Positions 1 to 14,471 of a stretch of 64,000 nt of DNA are shown piece by piece; the first letter of the stretch is position 1, and every line of letters begins with the position of its first letter. The stretch spans positions 2,232,001 through 2,296,000 of the forward strand of contig JASVEC010000001.1 of the NCBI GenBank assembly GCA_030770535.1. The letters run 5' to 3'. Below the pieces are notes generated by a model. The model saw only the letters and a program-made list of their open reading frames with translations. It had not been told where the DNA came from and made no database searches. Position numbers and translations under genes: made by a program. The stretch comes from Batkoa obscura. Its lineage: Eukaryota.

Positions 1-431
<431 letters not shown>

Positions 432-594
432 GATATAAATTTATCTCAAGAAAAAGAGAGAGTAGTCTAAATTCTAATTTTTGATTAAACTATGACTACT
501 TTTTGGATTGTCTTATTTTATAATTTCCTATTTTTCGATTAGATCATAAATTCTTTGAAAAATTGCTAAGAATTGAGTTTTGGGGAAATTCAAA

Positions 595-817
595 TTCTTG
601 AAGTAGCAAATTAACTCACCTTTTTTCTAGAATCGCTCGACAATAATTTGCTTACAGTAGCTTGGGCTAAGTGGCTTTAATTTTAGATAGATTTTGCTTT
701 AAAATAAAACCAATAAGAGTAAGAAATTTATTCTAATTAATGAGAAGGATTCGCTAATGAGCATCATTTTTCTCGGATTTCAAAATATCCTTAAAAGTAG
801 TCACTTCTAGAATTTTC
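595..817. promoter_or_regulatory. Heat-shock elements upstream of mtHsp70
   Basis: Perfect three-unit TTCtaGAAttTTC at 805-817; two-unit TTCnnGAA at 595-602 and 625-632; all upstream of an Hsp70 start. Confidence 0.6.
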
Positions 818-1661
818 TAATAGAATCTGATATGATTAAGTTTTGGTTAATTGATTATTACAAGCTATACTACTACTATTTATTAGCAACATCAGTACAG
901 AAAAGGACACAAAATGAATACATTATAAAAGTATATAGAAATAGTAGTGATATACGATATAGAAAATTTAGATCAAAAATGTATTAAAATCATAACACTT
1001 AGTTATTTAGTTAAGGACTTTTTAGATGCTTTTGCTACATGATATTTTATTGGAAAGTATTGGCTGAGAAAGGAAGTCGTGGTGCGCAGTCTTATTCTAT
1101 TTTTAAAAGGAAAATATTTACAAAAGCTAAAATCAACTTATTTGAAAGCAAAATTTAAGAGGAGTCAACTTCCGATTAAATTTATCCCTATGGGCTAAGT
1201 CAACTATACTTGACCTACTATCAGGTTTGATAATGCTAAAGGTTGAAGAAATTGGTATATCCCAATAAATATATGGCTGTGTGTGACACTATTATATTTA
1301 TATCTATATTTATCTTTTAATCCATTATTCTTTTTTAGCTTAGTATTTAATTGAAGCAGAGTATGTTAACTAGACTCTTTTAAATAGATTATCCAAAGTA
1401 TATTTTAAGCTAAAAATCCTGCCCAAAAATTATATTTATTTAAGCAAAGACAATAAAATGACTTTAATTACATCTTTTAACTTTAATAGTTGATAAACAA
1501 GTAAAGTATTGTTATATCATGGTTATTGCTTGCTTAAGGGGTTTAATATTATATCTATCAAAGAAGTAAACTCACTGTTAGTTTTAAGGGATAAAAAGTT
1601 TAAATTAATTTGATTAAAAAGTTGGCATATTCCTTTATTAGCTAATAATTTGGTAGAAAAA

Positions 1662-1730
1662 AATCAAAATTTAAAAATCAATTCAAAAATTTAAAATAAT
1701 CAATTCAAAAATTTAAAAATAATCAATTCT
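1662..1730. repeat. Short tandem repeat (~22-nt unit AATCAATTCAAAAATTTAAAA, about 3 copies)
   Basis: Directly visible upstream of the polo-like kinase ATG. Confidence 0.7.
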
Positions 1731-1818
1731 AATGATTTGAGTTTATTTAGTTAATATTAAATATTTTAAGAATCCATTTGTACGTTTTTATAGGAAAAAT
1801 ACATAGTTTATACAAGAA

Positions 1819-4110
1819 ATGCTAAAAATCAAAAAAGAGCACTGGCCTAGGGTGCCTAAAATCCTCAAAGATGAAGTTCAAGGTCAAACATATAAAAGAG
1901 AAGAAAAGATAGGAGAGGTAATTAACACGTTATTAAAACTCAATCCTTTTAAAATGTTAAAAAGGGGGGATTCAGCAAATGCTATCGGGTGACTAATATT
2001 CAGAATAAGAGACAGTTTTGTTGCAAAGTCACCCTCAAGCAAAACCTTGATACAGGGCCAAGGAAAGCGCAGGTAAACAGGGTTTTAGAAATAAATTTAA
2101 TATTAATTAATGTTTCTAGCTAAGACAAGAAATAAAAGCTATGGCTCGTTTGAATCATCCAAATATTGCTAAATATGAAGGCTGTTTTCATGATTCTACT
2201 TTTATTTACATTTTAATTGAATTGTGCGAGAATGGAGATCTAAATCAATTGATTAAAAGAAGGAACGGACTTACAGATTGTGAAGTAAGATATTTTGCTT
2301 TACAAATAAGGATTGCATTAGAGTATATGCATACATGTAATATTATACACCGAGATCTTAAACCAGGTAATGTATTGATTACAAAAGATATGAAAGTCAA
2401 AATTTCGGATTTTGGTTTAGCAGCAATTTGTAGCGATAGAAAAGAACTTAGGAAAACATTTTGTGGTACACCAAATTATGCTGCCCCAGAGATGTTTACT
2501 ACAACTTCTCACCATAATAATAGTGTAGATTTTTGGTCCTTTGGTGTTTTACTTTACACTATGAGATATAAAACACCGCCATTTAATGCAAAAACTGATG
2601 TAGGCATAGTTAGAAACCTTATCCGTGTCAAACTAAAATTTCCTGGCGAGCCTAGCGAGAGTCTTCAACTTAAAAACCTAATAGTTCGACTATTGACACC
2701 TCAACCACTCAATAGACCAGCTATAGATGATATCAAAGATCATGAGTTTTTTAAAGGATATACTCCCATGTACCTCCCACTTACAATATTAGAGCGCAAA
2801 CTTTCATTAAAACAAATTGCTGAGTGGGATGATTATATGAAAGAGATGGTACTTGAACGCTCCAATGGTAAAGAATTTGACGGATCGGATGTTGGAAAAG
2901 GAGACCATGCGCTAAACCATGTAGATAATAAAGAAAGGACAAATCAAGATAGAAACGATTCGCTTATTAATTTAATCAGAACAGAAAATAATTTATTAAA
3001 AAGGAAATATTCATCATCTGGTTCAATAGAATCGGAAAGGTATGGAGAAGCCAATAAAAAAGATTTATCCATGAGTAAAGATGATAAACCAATGCCTAAA
3101 ACTATAATCATGGAAAATAAGGAAAAAAGCTTTATTAGAAATATTAATGAGAATAATCAAACAATATTACAAAGGGATCTCTTATTGAAGGATGAAGAGA
3201 TAATCAAAAAGATCAAAAATGGAATATCAAGGATTACGGATGTATTTAAAACAGTTTTTGATTATGAAAATAAGGCAACTTATGGCAATAAAATTGATTT
3301 GGAAAAGTCACGTGCTGGAGATAAACTTTACTTAGAGCTTATGGATTTAAAGGAAGAAGAATTTAGGATACCAAACCATATAACTCATTATTATAGCTAT
3401 GGAAACCGGTTCGGTTTTGCACATAGCTTTGTAAATAACGTGAAAGCAGTGCAATACCCAGATCGTTCTACTTTGAACACCGCCAATTTTGAAGGGGTAA
3501 CTCAAACTCAATATTGTTATATATCAGATGGATTGGCCATCAACGAGGAAGATAGAAAGTTAATTGAGACTGAAATGCAAACTACTTTAAAGAAAAAAAG
3601 TGAAATATTAAAAAACTATATTGAAAAGTTTTCGGATGTAATTAAAGAAATTCCTGATGTAATCTATACTCAAAAATATGAATATGATTACAAAATTAAT
3701 GAATTGAAAGAGAATTTACATGTGATCAAGTCGTTCAAAACTTCACAGTATGTCGTGTTTGTGTTTTATAATGAAGACGTTCAGGTAATTTATACTTCTT
3801 AGAAACTAAAAACACGTTAAACTTTATATAGGTGGAGCTAAAAAATAAAAGTACATTTTATTTTTCTCAAAATAGTCAGCAAGTGACTTTAATACTAAAT
3901 AATAATACTGGCTATATCTACTCTACCGTTCAGTTAGTTAGACAATTGGTTGAATACAAATCATATATTGACAATAAGGATATAGAATTCAAAGAAAAGC
4001 TACACTATCCAATTTCTAGAAAAAAATTGCTAAAGGATTTTTGGTATTCTATACAACTGCTGGGACACTTAAATGTTAAAGTTAATCAAGATGAAAACTT
4101 AAAAGCATGA
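1819..4110 (+). CDS. Polo-like (Cdc5/Plk-related) Ser/Thr kinase with divergent C-terminal polo-box region; 3 introns
   Basis: GE|GGFSKCY Gly loop, HRDLKPGN, DFG, TFCGTPNYAAPE; C-terminal segments resembling polo boxes (YSYGNRFGFAHSF..., FKTSQYVVFVFYNEDVQ); introns at ~1918, ~2073 and ~3785. Confidence 0.85.
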
Positions 4111-4341
4111 AGTGACTACTACAGTATATTATCTTGTGAAATGGACTTTTATGTCGTATTTTTTGATATTAACTTTTTGGTTGCAGAGATTTGTTTTAAA
4201 GTTTTAAAATATAAATTGATTAGCACAAAGATTGTTTTTCATTTTTAAAAACAGTTTGATTATTTTTTATACATACTTTATTTATATAAAAATTAATGTG
4301 TCGGTTTCGATTTGCTCAAATATATTCAAATGTTATAATAT

Positions 4342-4443
4342 ATGAAGATGTCTTTTTTGGCTTCATCACTTTTTCCATTTTTTAAGCGCTATTGAGTGGA
4401 AAAACTACTAGTAAAATTCTTAAACGAAAAGATAAATTCCCAT
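4342..4443 (+). mobile_element. MITE-like ~100-bp repeat, copy 1 (degenerate TIRs)
   Basis: Shares core TTTTTTGGCTTCATCACTTTTTCCAT...AAGCGCTATTGAGTGGAAAA...TAGTAAAATTCTTAAA with nine other copies. Confidence 0.8.
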
Positions 4444-6006
4444 GTTCTGTTACAATTTAAGCATTTAGTATTTAAAAAAATTAAAATATTGCAAGCTTAT
4501 TTTTAATTTCCAAAAATTAAAAAATGGTAATAATCATTTAGTTAATATTAATATATTATAAAAGCCATTTATAATAATACCATGCTAAAGTCAATAAATA
4601 ATAATAATATACCAACTTAGGTTTATCTTAAATGGTATCTTTTAGACCAACTGTTGCTCTTAGAGTATCCCTAAACATAGAGTAAAAAATGCTAAAATTG
4701 TACTTTTTGGCGTTGCTATTTTAAACTACTAACTTTTATTTTAAAACATTCCCAGTAGTAAATAATTTGAAATAAGATTTCTGTTAAAAATTTCATCAAA
4801 AAGTATAAACTTTGTAAAGTGTTTAAAATTTCCTTCGAAAAAAATGTAATTTTAGCAACTCAGAATAAGTTGATCATTAGGGCTAAAAACCTTCAAGTTT
4901 TATGCCATTTTAGCTTTTTACTGCTTACGGATTTTATGATTAGGGATGCCTTTACTATTTAGCTTTTGTTTTTGTCATGTTTTTCAAGGCCACATAATGA
5001 ATAATAAAATCACAAAACGATACCAAAGGCATCGGTTGATAAACTATGCAACATTTTGTTTTAGTTAATGATTGATCCTTGTGGTAGTCAAAAAAAACAT
5101 CCCTCTATGTTAAATTATGATCATTATGAAAACTATTTTAGAATGGTTGAAATCATTAATGTAAATGGACATAAAATGCTGAAGATGAAGCAATATCATC
5201 GTTTAGTTTTGTAAAGTTTTTTTTTAAATGTCTCGGATTCTAAGTAAGTCATAGCTTTAATAAAGTTCACAACATTTTGATTTTTGGTTTATCCTTACCA
5301 TAAACTTTATCTTTTATTAATCAATTAATCCGTTAAATTTCTTGCTTCCTTTGATTGGTTTAAATTTTTCCGTATTATCTTAGTAGTTTAAACACTCTTA
5401 TTGTTCAGGCAGCAAATATTAATATTGATTTTATTCTTTTCTTACTGAACCTTCTTTTGCTCTTGTGAATACTACTGCTTATAGATACAGAGTCGATTAC
5501 CTTATAGAGAATACACAGTATTAAATAGCCATCTATATTTGTTGCTTAAATTAGATTTAAGAGTGGTGTTGGGAAAATCTTTTATTTTTTTTCTAAATTT
5601 AATAAATTTACTAGTGATGATTATATAAAGAAGCCATTAATCGCCTTATCAACGTTATAAAATCAATGGTGATATAAATAGATTTAAAAAACATAACCAA
5701 CTTTAATTTCAATAGACGATTGTAAGCTTTTACACTATAAGAACTAATAGAGAAAATCAAATCAAATCAAAATATTATTACTGATAAACGTATAAAATTT
5801 TATTATTTTACTTATTTTTAACTACTCACCAAGGGCCAAATAAATCAAAACTTTAAGTAACTCTTAACTATGGCAGTTACAATTTATTATTTTACTGGTT
5901 GAATTTTGATCAATACATTAGTTTTTATTATCCGATATTAAACAGACTATGAGAGATGGGCAATATTCCAACTGGTACTTATTGGCTTTGATAATTATCC
6001 GAAAAA

Positions 6007-9000
6007 TCAAAAATTTTTAGCATAAATTATATTCTCAAATCCAACATATGGTAAACCAAGAGAATGAATAAACCTCATTAGTTTTATTATTGGTCTATAA
6101 TAAGGGCAGTTTGTTACAAAATTATATAAGTATTCATTGATCTCATAAAAAAAGTCAAATATATAATAAAATATAGTATATTCAAAATCGCTCATATCAT
6201 TACTAAACACGTACAATAAGCACTTTTTAAGAAGTAAGCTAGTATATGATATGATAATTGGCAAAAATATAATAATTGATATAATAGATGATACTATTAC
6301 CGGTGATACAGCAAAATTAATTATCCTACTATAACTAAAGCTTTGCTTTAAAATTTCATTTTGCTTAATAGCTTGAATTGAGTCTTGTTTATCAGCTTGA
6401 ACTTTATCATTCCCATTAGTTTGAATTTTATTTTGGCTAATGGCTTGAACTCGATTTTCCTTATTAATCTGGATATCATTTAACTGATTAAGGTAAATTT
6501 GATTTTGTTCGTTAATTCGAACTACATCTTGATTAATTGTTTGAACTTTATTTTGTATAATGGCTTGGATTTTATTTAATTTAACAGGTTGATCAGCATT
6601 TTGTTCAATTTCTTCATTAGTTTGAATTCCATTTTGACTGATACTATAAATTTTATTGTACTCATCGGCTATAACCTCAGCCTGAGTTATAATTCGACTT
6701 TTATCCTTCTCACTAGTTCGAACTTCATTCTGCGTATTATCTTGAATTTCACTTCTACCATTACCTTGAGTTGCATCTTGATCATCCTGAATTATGCCTT
6801 CCTCGTTAACTCGGGTATCATTTGGACTGACAGCTTGAATTTCATGTCGCTCATTGATTTGGATATCATCTTCCCTGCATATTTGAGATTTGTCCTGGTC
6901 ATTTATCTGAGATTCACCCTGTTCATCATTTTGAGTCACATTTTGAGACCTATTTTGATTATAAAGTTGAAGATCACTTTGGGCAATAGCATGGACTATA
7001 TTTTGACCATATATGTCAATATTATTTTGGCTACCATTATAGATCCCGTTTTGTTCACTGTCTTGAATTTCGCCTTCCTTAATCATTTGAATTTCAATTT
7101 GCTCATTGGCTTGGAATTTGTTTTGCTTGCCATCCTGGTCTTCATTTTGCACACCATCTTGAGTATCATTTTGAATAATAGCTTGGGCTTTATCGTGTGC
7201 ATAAATTTGGACACTACTTTCCCTACTACTTTGAACTTCATCTTGGCTAGTAGTTTGGAGTTCATCCACATCAATAGCTCGGGTTCCATCATGTACATAA
7301 CCTTGCGTGTCCCTTGCTCTATCACCTTGAATTTTATATATACCAACGGTTTGGATGTCATTTGCTTTGTTGACGTGAGTACTATTTTCAATAATAACTT
7401 GACTTTCAACATGCGCATTATATTTCATATCACTTTCAGTCTCGTTTTGTTTTTTAGCATGAGTTATATCAATATCGATATTTGAGATATCCGTTTCCCT
7501 ACTAGTTTGGATTCTATTTTGACTATTATTTCCGATTTCGCTTTGTATGTTAGTATGGGCTTCATCCTTTTCATATTCCTGAATAATACCTTGATAAATA
7601 GTTTGAGTTTTATTCTGTAGACCTTGAGCTTCATTTTGAACATCAATATACATTTGATCGTAAGCTTGAGCGTTGCCTGGGCTAATAGTTTGAATATTAT
7701 CTTGTTTGCCAGGCTGGGCGACCTCTTGTTCATCAATGCAAAAGTCATCTTTATCATCCTGAATTTGATTTTGAGCATTAATTTGACTATCACTTTGAGT
7801 AATAGCTTGAATACCATCTCCCTCATATTCCTGAATATCAACTTGTTCATTAACCTGGGGCTCATCCTGTTCATATTTTTGTATTTCGCCTCTCTCATTT
7901 ATCAAATTGACGTTTTTTTTAATAGCTTGAGTTTCATTTTCTACACTGGCTCGAATATACTTTAAACTAGTAGCACGAATACTATCCTGTTCGTAAATGT
8001 AAGCTCCATTATGTTGATCAATTTGAATCTCATCTTGAATAATAGCTTGATTTTCATTTTTCCCATTGACTTGAATGTCATATAGATCAACATCTTGGAT
8101 TGTATTCTGTTCAAACATTTGAATATTGTCTTGAATAATAAATTCATTTCCATTCATGTTGTTGGCTTGAGTGGTAACTAAATTCATAACTGGAATCACA
8201 TCCTTTTTGCTTATTTGAATCTCGCCTTGAATAACGGATTGGGTCCCATTTTGTTCGTTACCTTGAATCTTACTTTGTTCATTATCATAGGTTTCATCTT
8301 TTTTGTTATCATGAACTTCATATTGTTTATCTTCGAGATCATGATTCACATTTAAAAGACTGTTAGTGTTGAACGATTCTGATGTCATTAGCGAAAATGA
8401 AGTAAGTATCTCTGATGACGAACATTCAAGATTATATAATTGCTTCTTTTTTCCTCTAAACGATATAGATTCATCTTCCATTTCATCATCAATTGAGCTA
8501 TTATCACTATCAGACAGGTTAATACCATCGGAGCTCTCATTACTACTGAACAAATCATTGTTAGTTGTGCCAGTGCTATTATCAAATATATTGTTATTAT
8601 TATTTAAACTATCATCATTTGCAAACAACTCACAGCTATTTCCTTCAACATCATTGTCTATATAAGCATTGGTTATATTTATATCTCCAGCACTTTCCAG
8701 AATATTGGTTTCATCGATTAATGAGCTTTCAAATTCTAAGCTTGGTTTTATTGTATCAGTATTAGATTCACTATATAAAAAAGAAACCGATTCAATAGTT
8801 GGAGTAAGATCTCCATCATTTTTAAATATATTTATGTGATCATTATTAATTTCTGGTAGAAGAAGTAATGAGTTTTGTGTTGGAGTAGCATCTGGATCTA
8901 TAAAGTTAGTTTCACTATCTTCAACCATATCGTTAAGTGTGGATGTAAAATCTGATAAATTTTGACTTGAAGTAACGTTGAAATCAACGAGAATTTTAGT

Positions 9001-10338
9001 TTCAATATTTCTAGCCACGTCTTTGATATGTGTTAAGAATTCTTGAATTTCCTCTTCAGATGTACCTATTTCATTAATTTCTTCATAATTTATTCCATTC
9101 GAACTATTATCCCATTGATCCAAAACATCACAGTCATTAGATGCTTCAATGTGTTCTCTTTGTTTTTCTTCTTGGTTCTCTTCATACTCTTTCTTATCCC
9201 TATTCATAGAAAAATTCACAGTATTATCAATTTCGTCTTTTTCATTTGGATAAACCGCAGGTTCAAGGATTAAGTTGTTAAAGTTATTTTCTATATACTC
9301 TCGAGAGTTGCTTTCAATGTCATTTTCTAGTTCTGTCTTAGCTGCAGCTTTTTCCATAACTTGTTCCATTATTTCTCTAAAACTTTCATCCAATTCTTGG
9401 TTCATTTTATAACGATCAGCATCTAATCCTTGGTATAGTTTAGAATGTTTATCATTATACTCTACATTTCCTTCACCATCAACTGATTTAATTTTGATTT
9501 CCGATATCAAATGGCTCCTTGTCGAAATCGGTGATGAGAATAGTGAATTATCATTTGAAAATGAACGGACAGTAAATTCAGCAGAAAATGGAAGAGCTTC
9601 TCCATTTTGAAGCGCGTCATTCAATTTATTATATTTAGATTGCATAATTTGAATATGCTCATTTTTTAAATCATACTCTTTCATAAGCTTTAGCTTGTTG
9701 TTATGCTCAATAGTTCCTTCTAAGATTTCTCTTTCTATTATTGGAATAGCCTTAGAAAGCTCATTCCTTATTTCAGTAAACTCAAAACATAAATTTAATA
9801 AACATAAATAAGCTAATAATAAAACTTACATGTTTAATATTATGCCTTTGTTCATCAAAATACTCAACCAAATCAATAGTCGTTTCATTTTTCATTTTAA
9901 TATCTTCCTTTAATTTACTATTTTCATCTAAATGAATATTTTAACTCAATTATTTTATATAAGTATAGCTTTTTTACTAATGAAGATAGTCGTTTCTTCT
10001 CTTAAATGTACTAATTCTTTTTCATTTATCCTTAATATTTCCTCTATCTCTTTGTTCTGCTTTCTTAACATCTGTAAATCTGACTCTTGCTTTTGAACTT
10101 TTGGTTCTAGTATCCCTATTTTGTTCTTTCCTATTTCATTCCAACTGCTGTACTCTTCAGAGCTTTTAGGCTTCGCTTTTAAGAAAAGCTTTAAATTTTC
10201 TCTTTCAAAATTCTAAAAATTAGATTCATAAGTATTAAGGTAAATATAAAATACCACACTATCTATTTTTTCATTAATGCTCTCTAGCTCATTTACATCT
10301 CGCTTATTATTTGACCCAGTCGACGATTGTTGATTCAT
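6007..10338 (-). CDS. Large (~1400 aa) hypothetical protein: N-terminal coiled coil, acidic region, Q/N/D-rich octapeptide repeats, C-terminal hydrophobic segment
   Basis: 1225-aa ORF 6007..9684 extended upstream by three small GT-AG introns to ATG at 10338 (MNQQSSTGS...); hydrophobic stretch VIVSSIISIIIFLPIIISY near the C-terminus. Confidence 0.75.
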
Positions 10339-11774
10339 ATTTTTAATGCGATTCACTACTCCGCTTTTTTATATTGTAAAAATGTTATTTATTATTTTGA
10401 TTTATAAAATGATTTGTTTTTATGACGTTCGATTTTTTTAAATAGATAATCCATAATTGTTATTAGTTTTTGCTACAATAGCGCAATGGCTGGAAAAATG
10501 ATCTGATCTTTATACTCTTTATATTTCTGCTATAACTCACAAATAAGTAGAGAAATAAAATAAAACAACATCGTTTCCACTTTAACTGCACATACGCTTG
10601 TACTTTTTCCTTCCTACATAAATGAAACACTTATGGGGTTATACTCTTTTAAAACTAAGAAATATAAAACGAAAACCATATTTTTAAAATTAAAATAGTC
10701 TAATGATTGTTCATTATTAATTTTTTGTTTTATTTTAACTATATTCTAGGCATAGTACTTCACATATATTTATAATATATTTCAATAATATTTGTTAGCA
10801 ATTTTTGAATAGGAAGATAGTAGTTGTAATAATTTTATAACTTGCTTTCAATTTTATACCCAAACATTTTTATTTTTTATTTTACAAATTTGAGGGAATA
10901 AAGCGATGTATTATTTACACTATGAGCTATTAATGATTATTTGAATAGTCTTTAAAATCATTTAATTTAAACACAAAAGTTAACGCTAGTAAATAAAAAC
11001 TTTATCTTAGGTTAAATAATTTAAGTTTATTTGCAACAATTTGAGCTTGGTTGATTTAAAAATATTAGTTAGACCAATTTTTTAAAATGTTAAAGATTTC
11101 AAAAAAATTCAAAGTTGCTATTACCGAAATCGCATTACTTATAAAAAGTACTTATAATATTATAAATTATTATAAAATGGATTAAAACGACCAAAAATTT
11201 AAAAAACAGCTTTGTAATGTCTAAATATTTACTTTATTCTAGTAACATATTTATATATGTATCACGAATTTATAGGCCATTTATTATTATAAATAATCTT
11301 GTCATATATAAACTGGCTCATTATTTAATATAAAAACAGTTAATCCCCGGGTAAATTATTGCTTTTGCAAAAGATCGCATAAAATTTAAATTAGTACATG
11401 TGATGTAATTAGAGATTTATTTTTAAAGATTTAGGACCTTATTTTATGTAAAATTTTTAAATTTAGTTCATAATTAATTTAGGTTCTTCAAATAGCTTAA
11501 ACATAAGATAAAGCTCCAGAACCAATGAATTGCAGAAATAAGTTAGTTACTAAAAAACGGGCAGTGATATTACCAAATTAAGCAAATGGGGTAAGAATTA
11601 GGTTGCTACCAAATTAGCCTCTGTTATTTATCATCCAAATATGGCTAACCCCTTAATAAAATCTAATCAATAAATTGTTGAAAATCAAAAAACTATTATT
11701 AATAATAGAACTTAGGGTAACACCATTTTATTTAATAATCAGTTCTTTTTATCTTTCATTTCTTTTTATTTAAC

Positions 11775-13679
11775 ATGTTCGGTCTATTTGGAAGCAAACC
11801 AAAACCAATTGATAACACCAAAAGTTTACAGTGTCTCTATGATGGATTGTTGGAATTAGAAGCATCTTTCGATCATATTTTGAACGATAGAATTAAACAA
11901 GCTCAAACTTTACTAAATGAAAAAGAAAACTTAGGATCAGATTCAAGTTACCCTAATGAGAAAAATCCGATGATCTCATTTGGTAAAGCTACCTTAGCCT
12001 TTCAAACTAGTATTATGGGTTTCGAAGAGTCTGGCTTTAGTTTAGCCTCTAAAGAATTGCAAGCTTCGGAAAATACAGCTAGTGCCTGGACTACAGCAAT
12101 AACTAGCTCACTCAAAACCATCGATGCTAATTCGATGTCATATAAAAAGCTCAAAAAAGCAGAATTATTATTAAAATTAGTATCAGCCGATTCTTTGATA
12201 ATGCTTTCTGCTGTTTCCTTTTTGTCACAATCCCTATCAGAGTATGCTAAAGCAGCGTACCGATTAAAAAAAGCATATGATAGCTTTGTATTCTTGGATA
12301 AAGCGGTAGGTTTGGAATTAAATGAAAAAGATTTAAACAATGAACCATTTTCAAAAGTAACGGAAGGTAACTAAATCAACAAATACAATATCTAAAATTA
12401 ATCATTTTAGATCCATTTGACAGCTTTTTAATAAGTGGTGTTAGCTTTGGATTAGGATTATTAAAATTAATGATATCTTCTTTACCACGTAAAGCAAAAG
12501 GCTTACTTAGTAGTGTTGGATTTCATGTAGTAGAAAGAAGTGAAGCCATTTCCTATTTAAAGAATTCCATACTTTATAAAGGCCTTCATGGGTCTTTATC
12601 ATCCATGTTGTTATTATCCTTTTACTCTGGTTGGCTATCTTTTATTTCACACCTACCTGTTTCTAGCACTCGAGAATATCAAGAAGCAGAGCATTTAATT
12701 CCAAAATTCAGAAGTATTTATCCCCAAGGTCGTATATGGATCCTTCTAGAGTGTAAGTTCCTCAAGCTAAAGGGCGACCTTGACGATGTGACTACACTTT
12801 TAGAAAATGCACTAAACCAAAAAACTGATTCTTGGCCAGAATTGAAATATTTAATTTTATATGAATATGCATGGTAGTTTGAATAACAATATTTGATTTA
12901 TAAATATTAATTTGTTACTTAGGTGTAAGATTTTAGTAGGTGATTATTTAAAAGCAGCTGAATGTTTTTCTGAATTACATACCGAAACCAACTGGTCAAA
13001 AGCCTTTTACTGTTATCTACAAGCAACATGCTACCTTCGTGTTGGCGAAGTAACTAAAGCCAGCAATTTATTTATAGAAGCACCAACTTTAATCAAAAAA
13101 AGAATTGGCGGAAGAACAATCCCAATTGAGGCATTTGTAAAAAGCAGATCTCATTTCTATAACGAGCGTTTAAATGCTAACAGTACTTCTGATCTTTTAT
13201 TACAGTCTCTTCCTCAACTTGAAGTTACTTATTACTTTAACGGATTCCATTTTATGTCTCAAAAACAACTTGGCGATCTTATTGAACAACTCAATTCATT
13301 TAATGCTCCAAAACCAGATCAAATCATAATGGATGATGAGGTGAATATCTTAAGCCATATGATATTAGGGTCCATCTATAGAGAATCAAATGATTGGGAT
13401 TTAGCACAACAACATTTAAGTCACCTGATTAATCTTCCAGGTTCAAATACATTCCAGTCAACAACGTTAAGTTATTCTTATTTTGAGTTGGCTGTACTTG
13501 AGTTTTCAAATTCCCCACCAGGAACACCAAGTGAAGAGCCTAAAAAAGTAAAGATGAATAGTTATTTACAAGGGGTAAATCAATATTTATTACATTCTGA
13601 GTTAGAAGAGAGATTAGCTTATCGTATGGAATGGCTTAAAGAGGATATACTACTGGTTCCTTCCGCATTATCTTCTTAA
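11775..13679 (+). CDS. IML2: IML2/TTC39 family TPR protein; 2 introns
   Basis: Three ORFs joined by introns (~12368-12410, ~12873-12922); motifs WSKAFYCYLQA, IGGRTIPIEAF, ISSLPRKAKGLLSSVGF typical of the family. Confidence 0.85.
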
Positions 13680-14471
13680 ACTTTAGATTTGTTTAGATTT
13701 TAAGTAGAATTTTATTATTTTGATTAGTTGTTATACTTAATCGTGTAGTGTTAGTTTGATATGCTTCATTTAAAATTAAATCTTTTTATTTTTGTTTAAC
13801 GCATGAACTTTATTTGTAACTTTGGTATTCTTAATTTGGCTTTATTTTATATTAGAGTGTTTTTATTGTTAGCAATCTAATTTATAATCCAATCTTACAT
13901 ACTTACCATTGTTTAAGCTATTCATCCATTGCTTATAAGACTTATTTTTATTAATAAAAGTTGCTGTTTATATGTATAAATTGGTAGTTTATTATTGAGT
14001 TATGGTATTATCCACTTTACAATTATAGATCAATGTCTTTTTTCTTCCTTATCACTGAAGAAGTAAATTTAGTAATAACTCAAAATTTAAAGCGAATTTT
14101 TAATACAGTCTTTATACCGATTAGAGTTTATCCATGGAAAGCAGGTGGCTGAAAAAATCTAATCTTTTGAAATCGTTTTTTTAAAATATCGGATTAAAGT
14201 ATAATTATTAAACTTTATTATTCTTTCATTGCTGTCAAACTTGTAATTTTAAAATTTTATAATAGTTAACAAAAGGATAAATTATACATATAAAATATAA
14301 TCCGATTGTTTAACTAAAAGAAATATTTTGAAATGATATAATTAAAAGAGTAAGCAAATTCACTAACCCAACTTTGATTGGTTAGAACAAAAAAAGGGTT
14401 GGAGAGACCAAATAAAAGCAAGAAAATAAAGAAAACTCATATTGATAACTTGACTCAATTATAACTTAGTA

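Noticed and set aside
4960..5215. Short coding-like stretch (48-aa ORF MIDPCGSQKKH...) with an AAAAAAACATCCC MITE-end-like fragment
   Set aside because: Too short and without recognisable similarity; cannot be supported as a gene or a full repeat copy.
6589..9273. Several long ORFs antisense or out of frame to the 1225-aa ORF (e.g. 6589..7485 +)
   Set aside because: They are shadows of the repetitive Q/N/D-rich coding strand; hydrophobic I/L/F-rich translations with no motifs.
14141..14152. GGTGGC Rpn4/PACE-like site
   Set aside because: It lies upstream of GDA1 rather than the proteasome gene RPT3, and is only a partial match.
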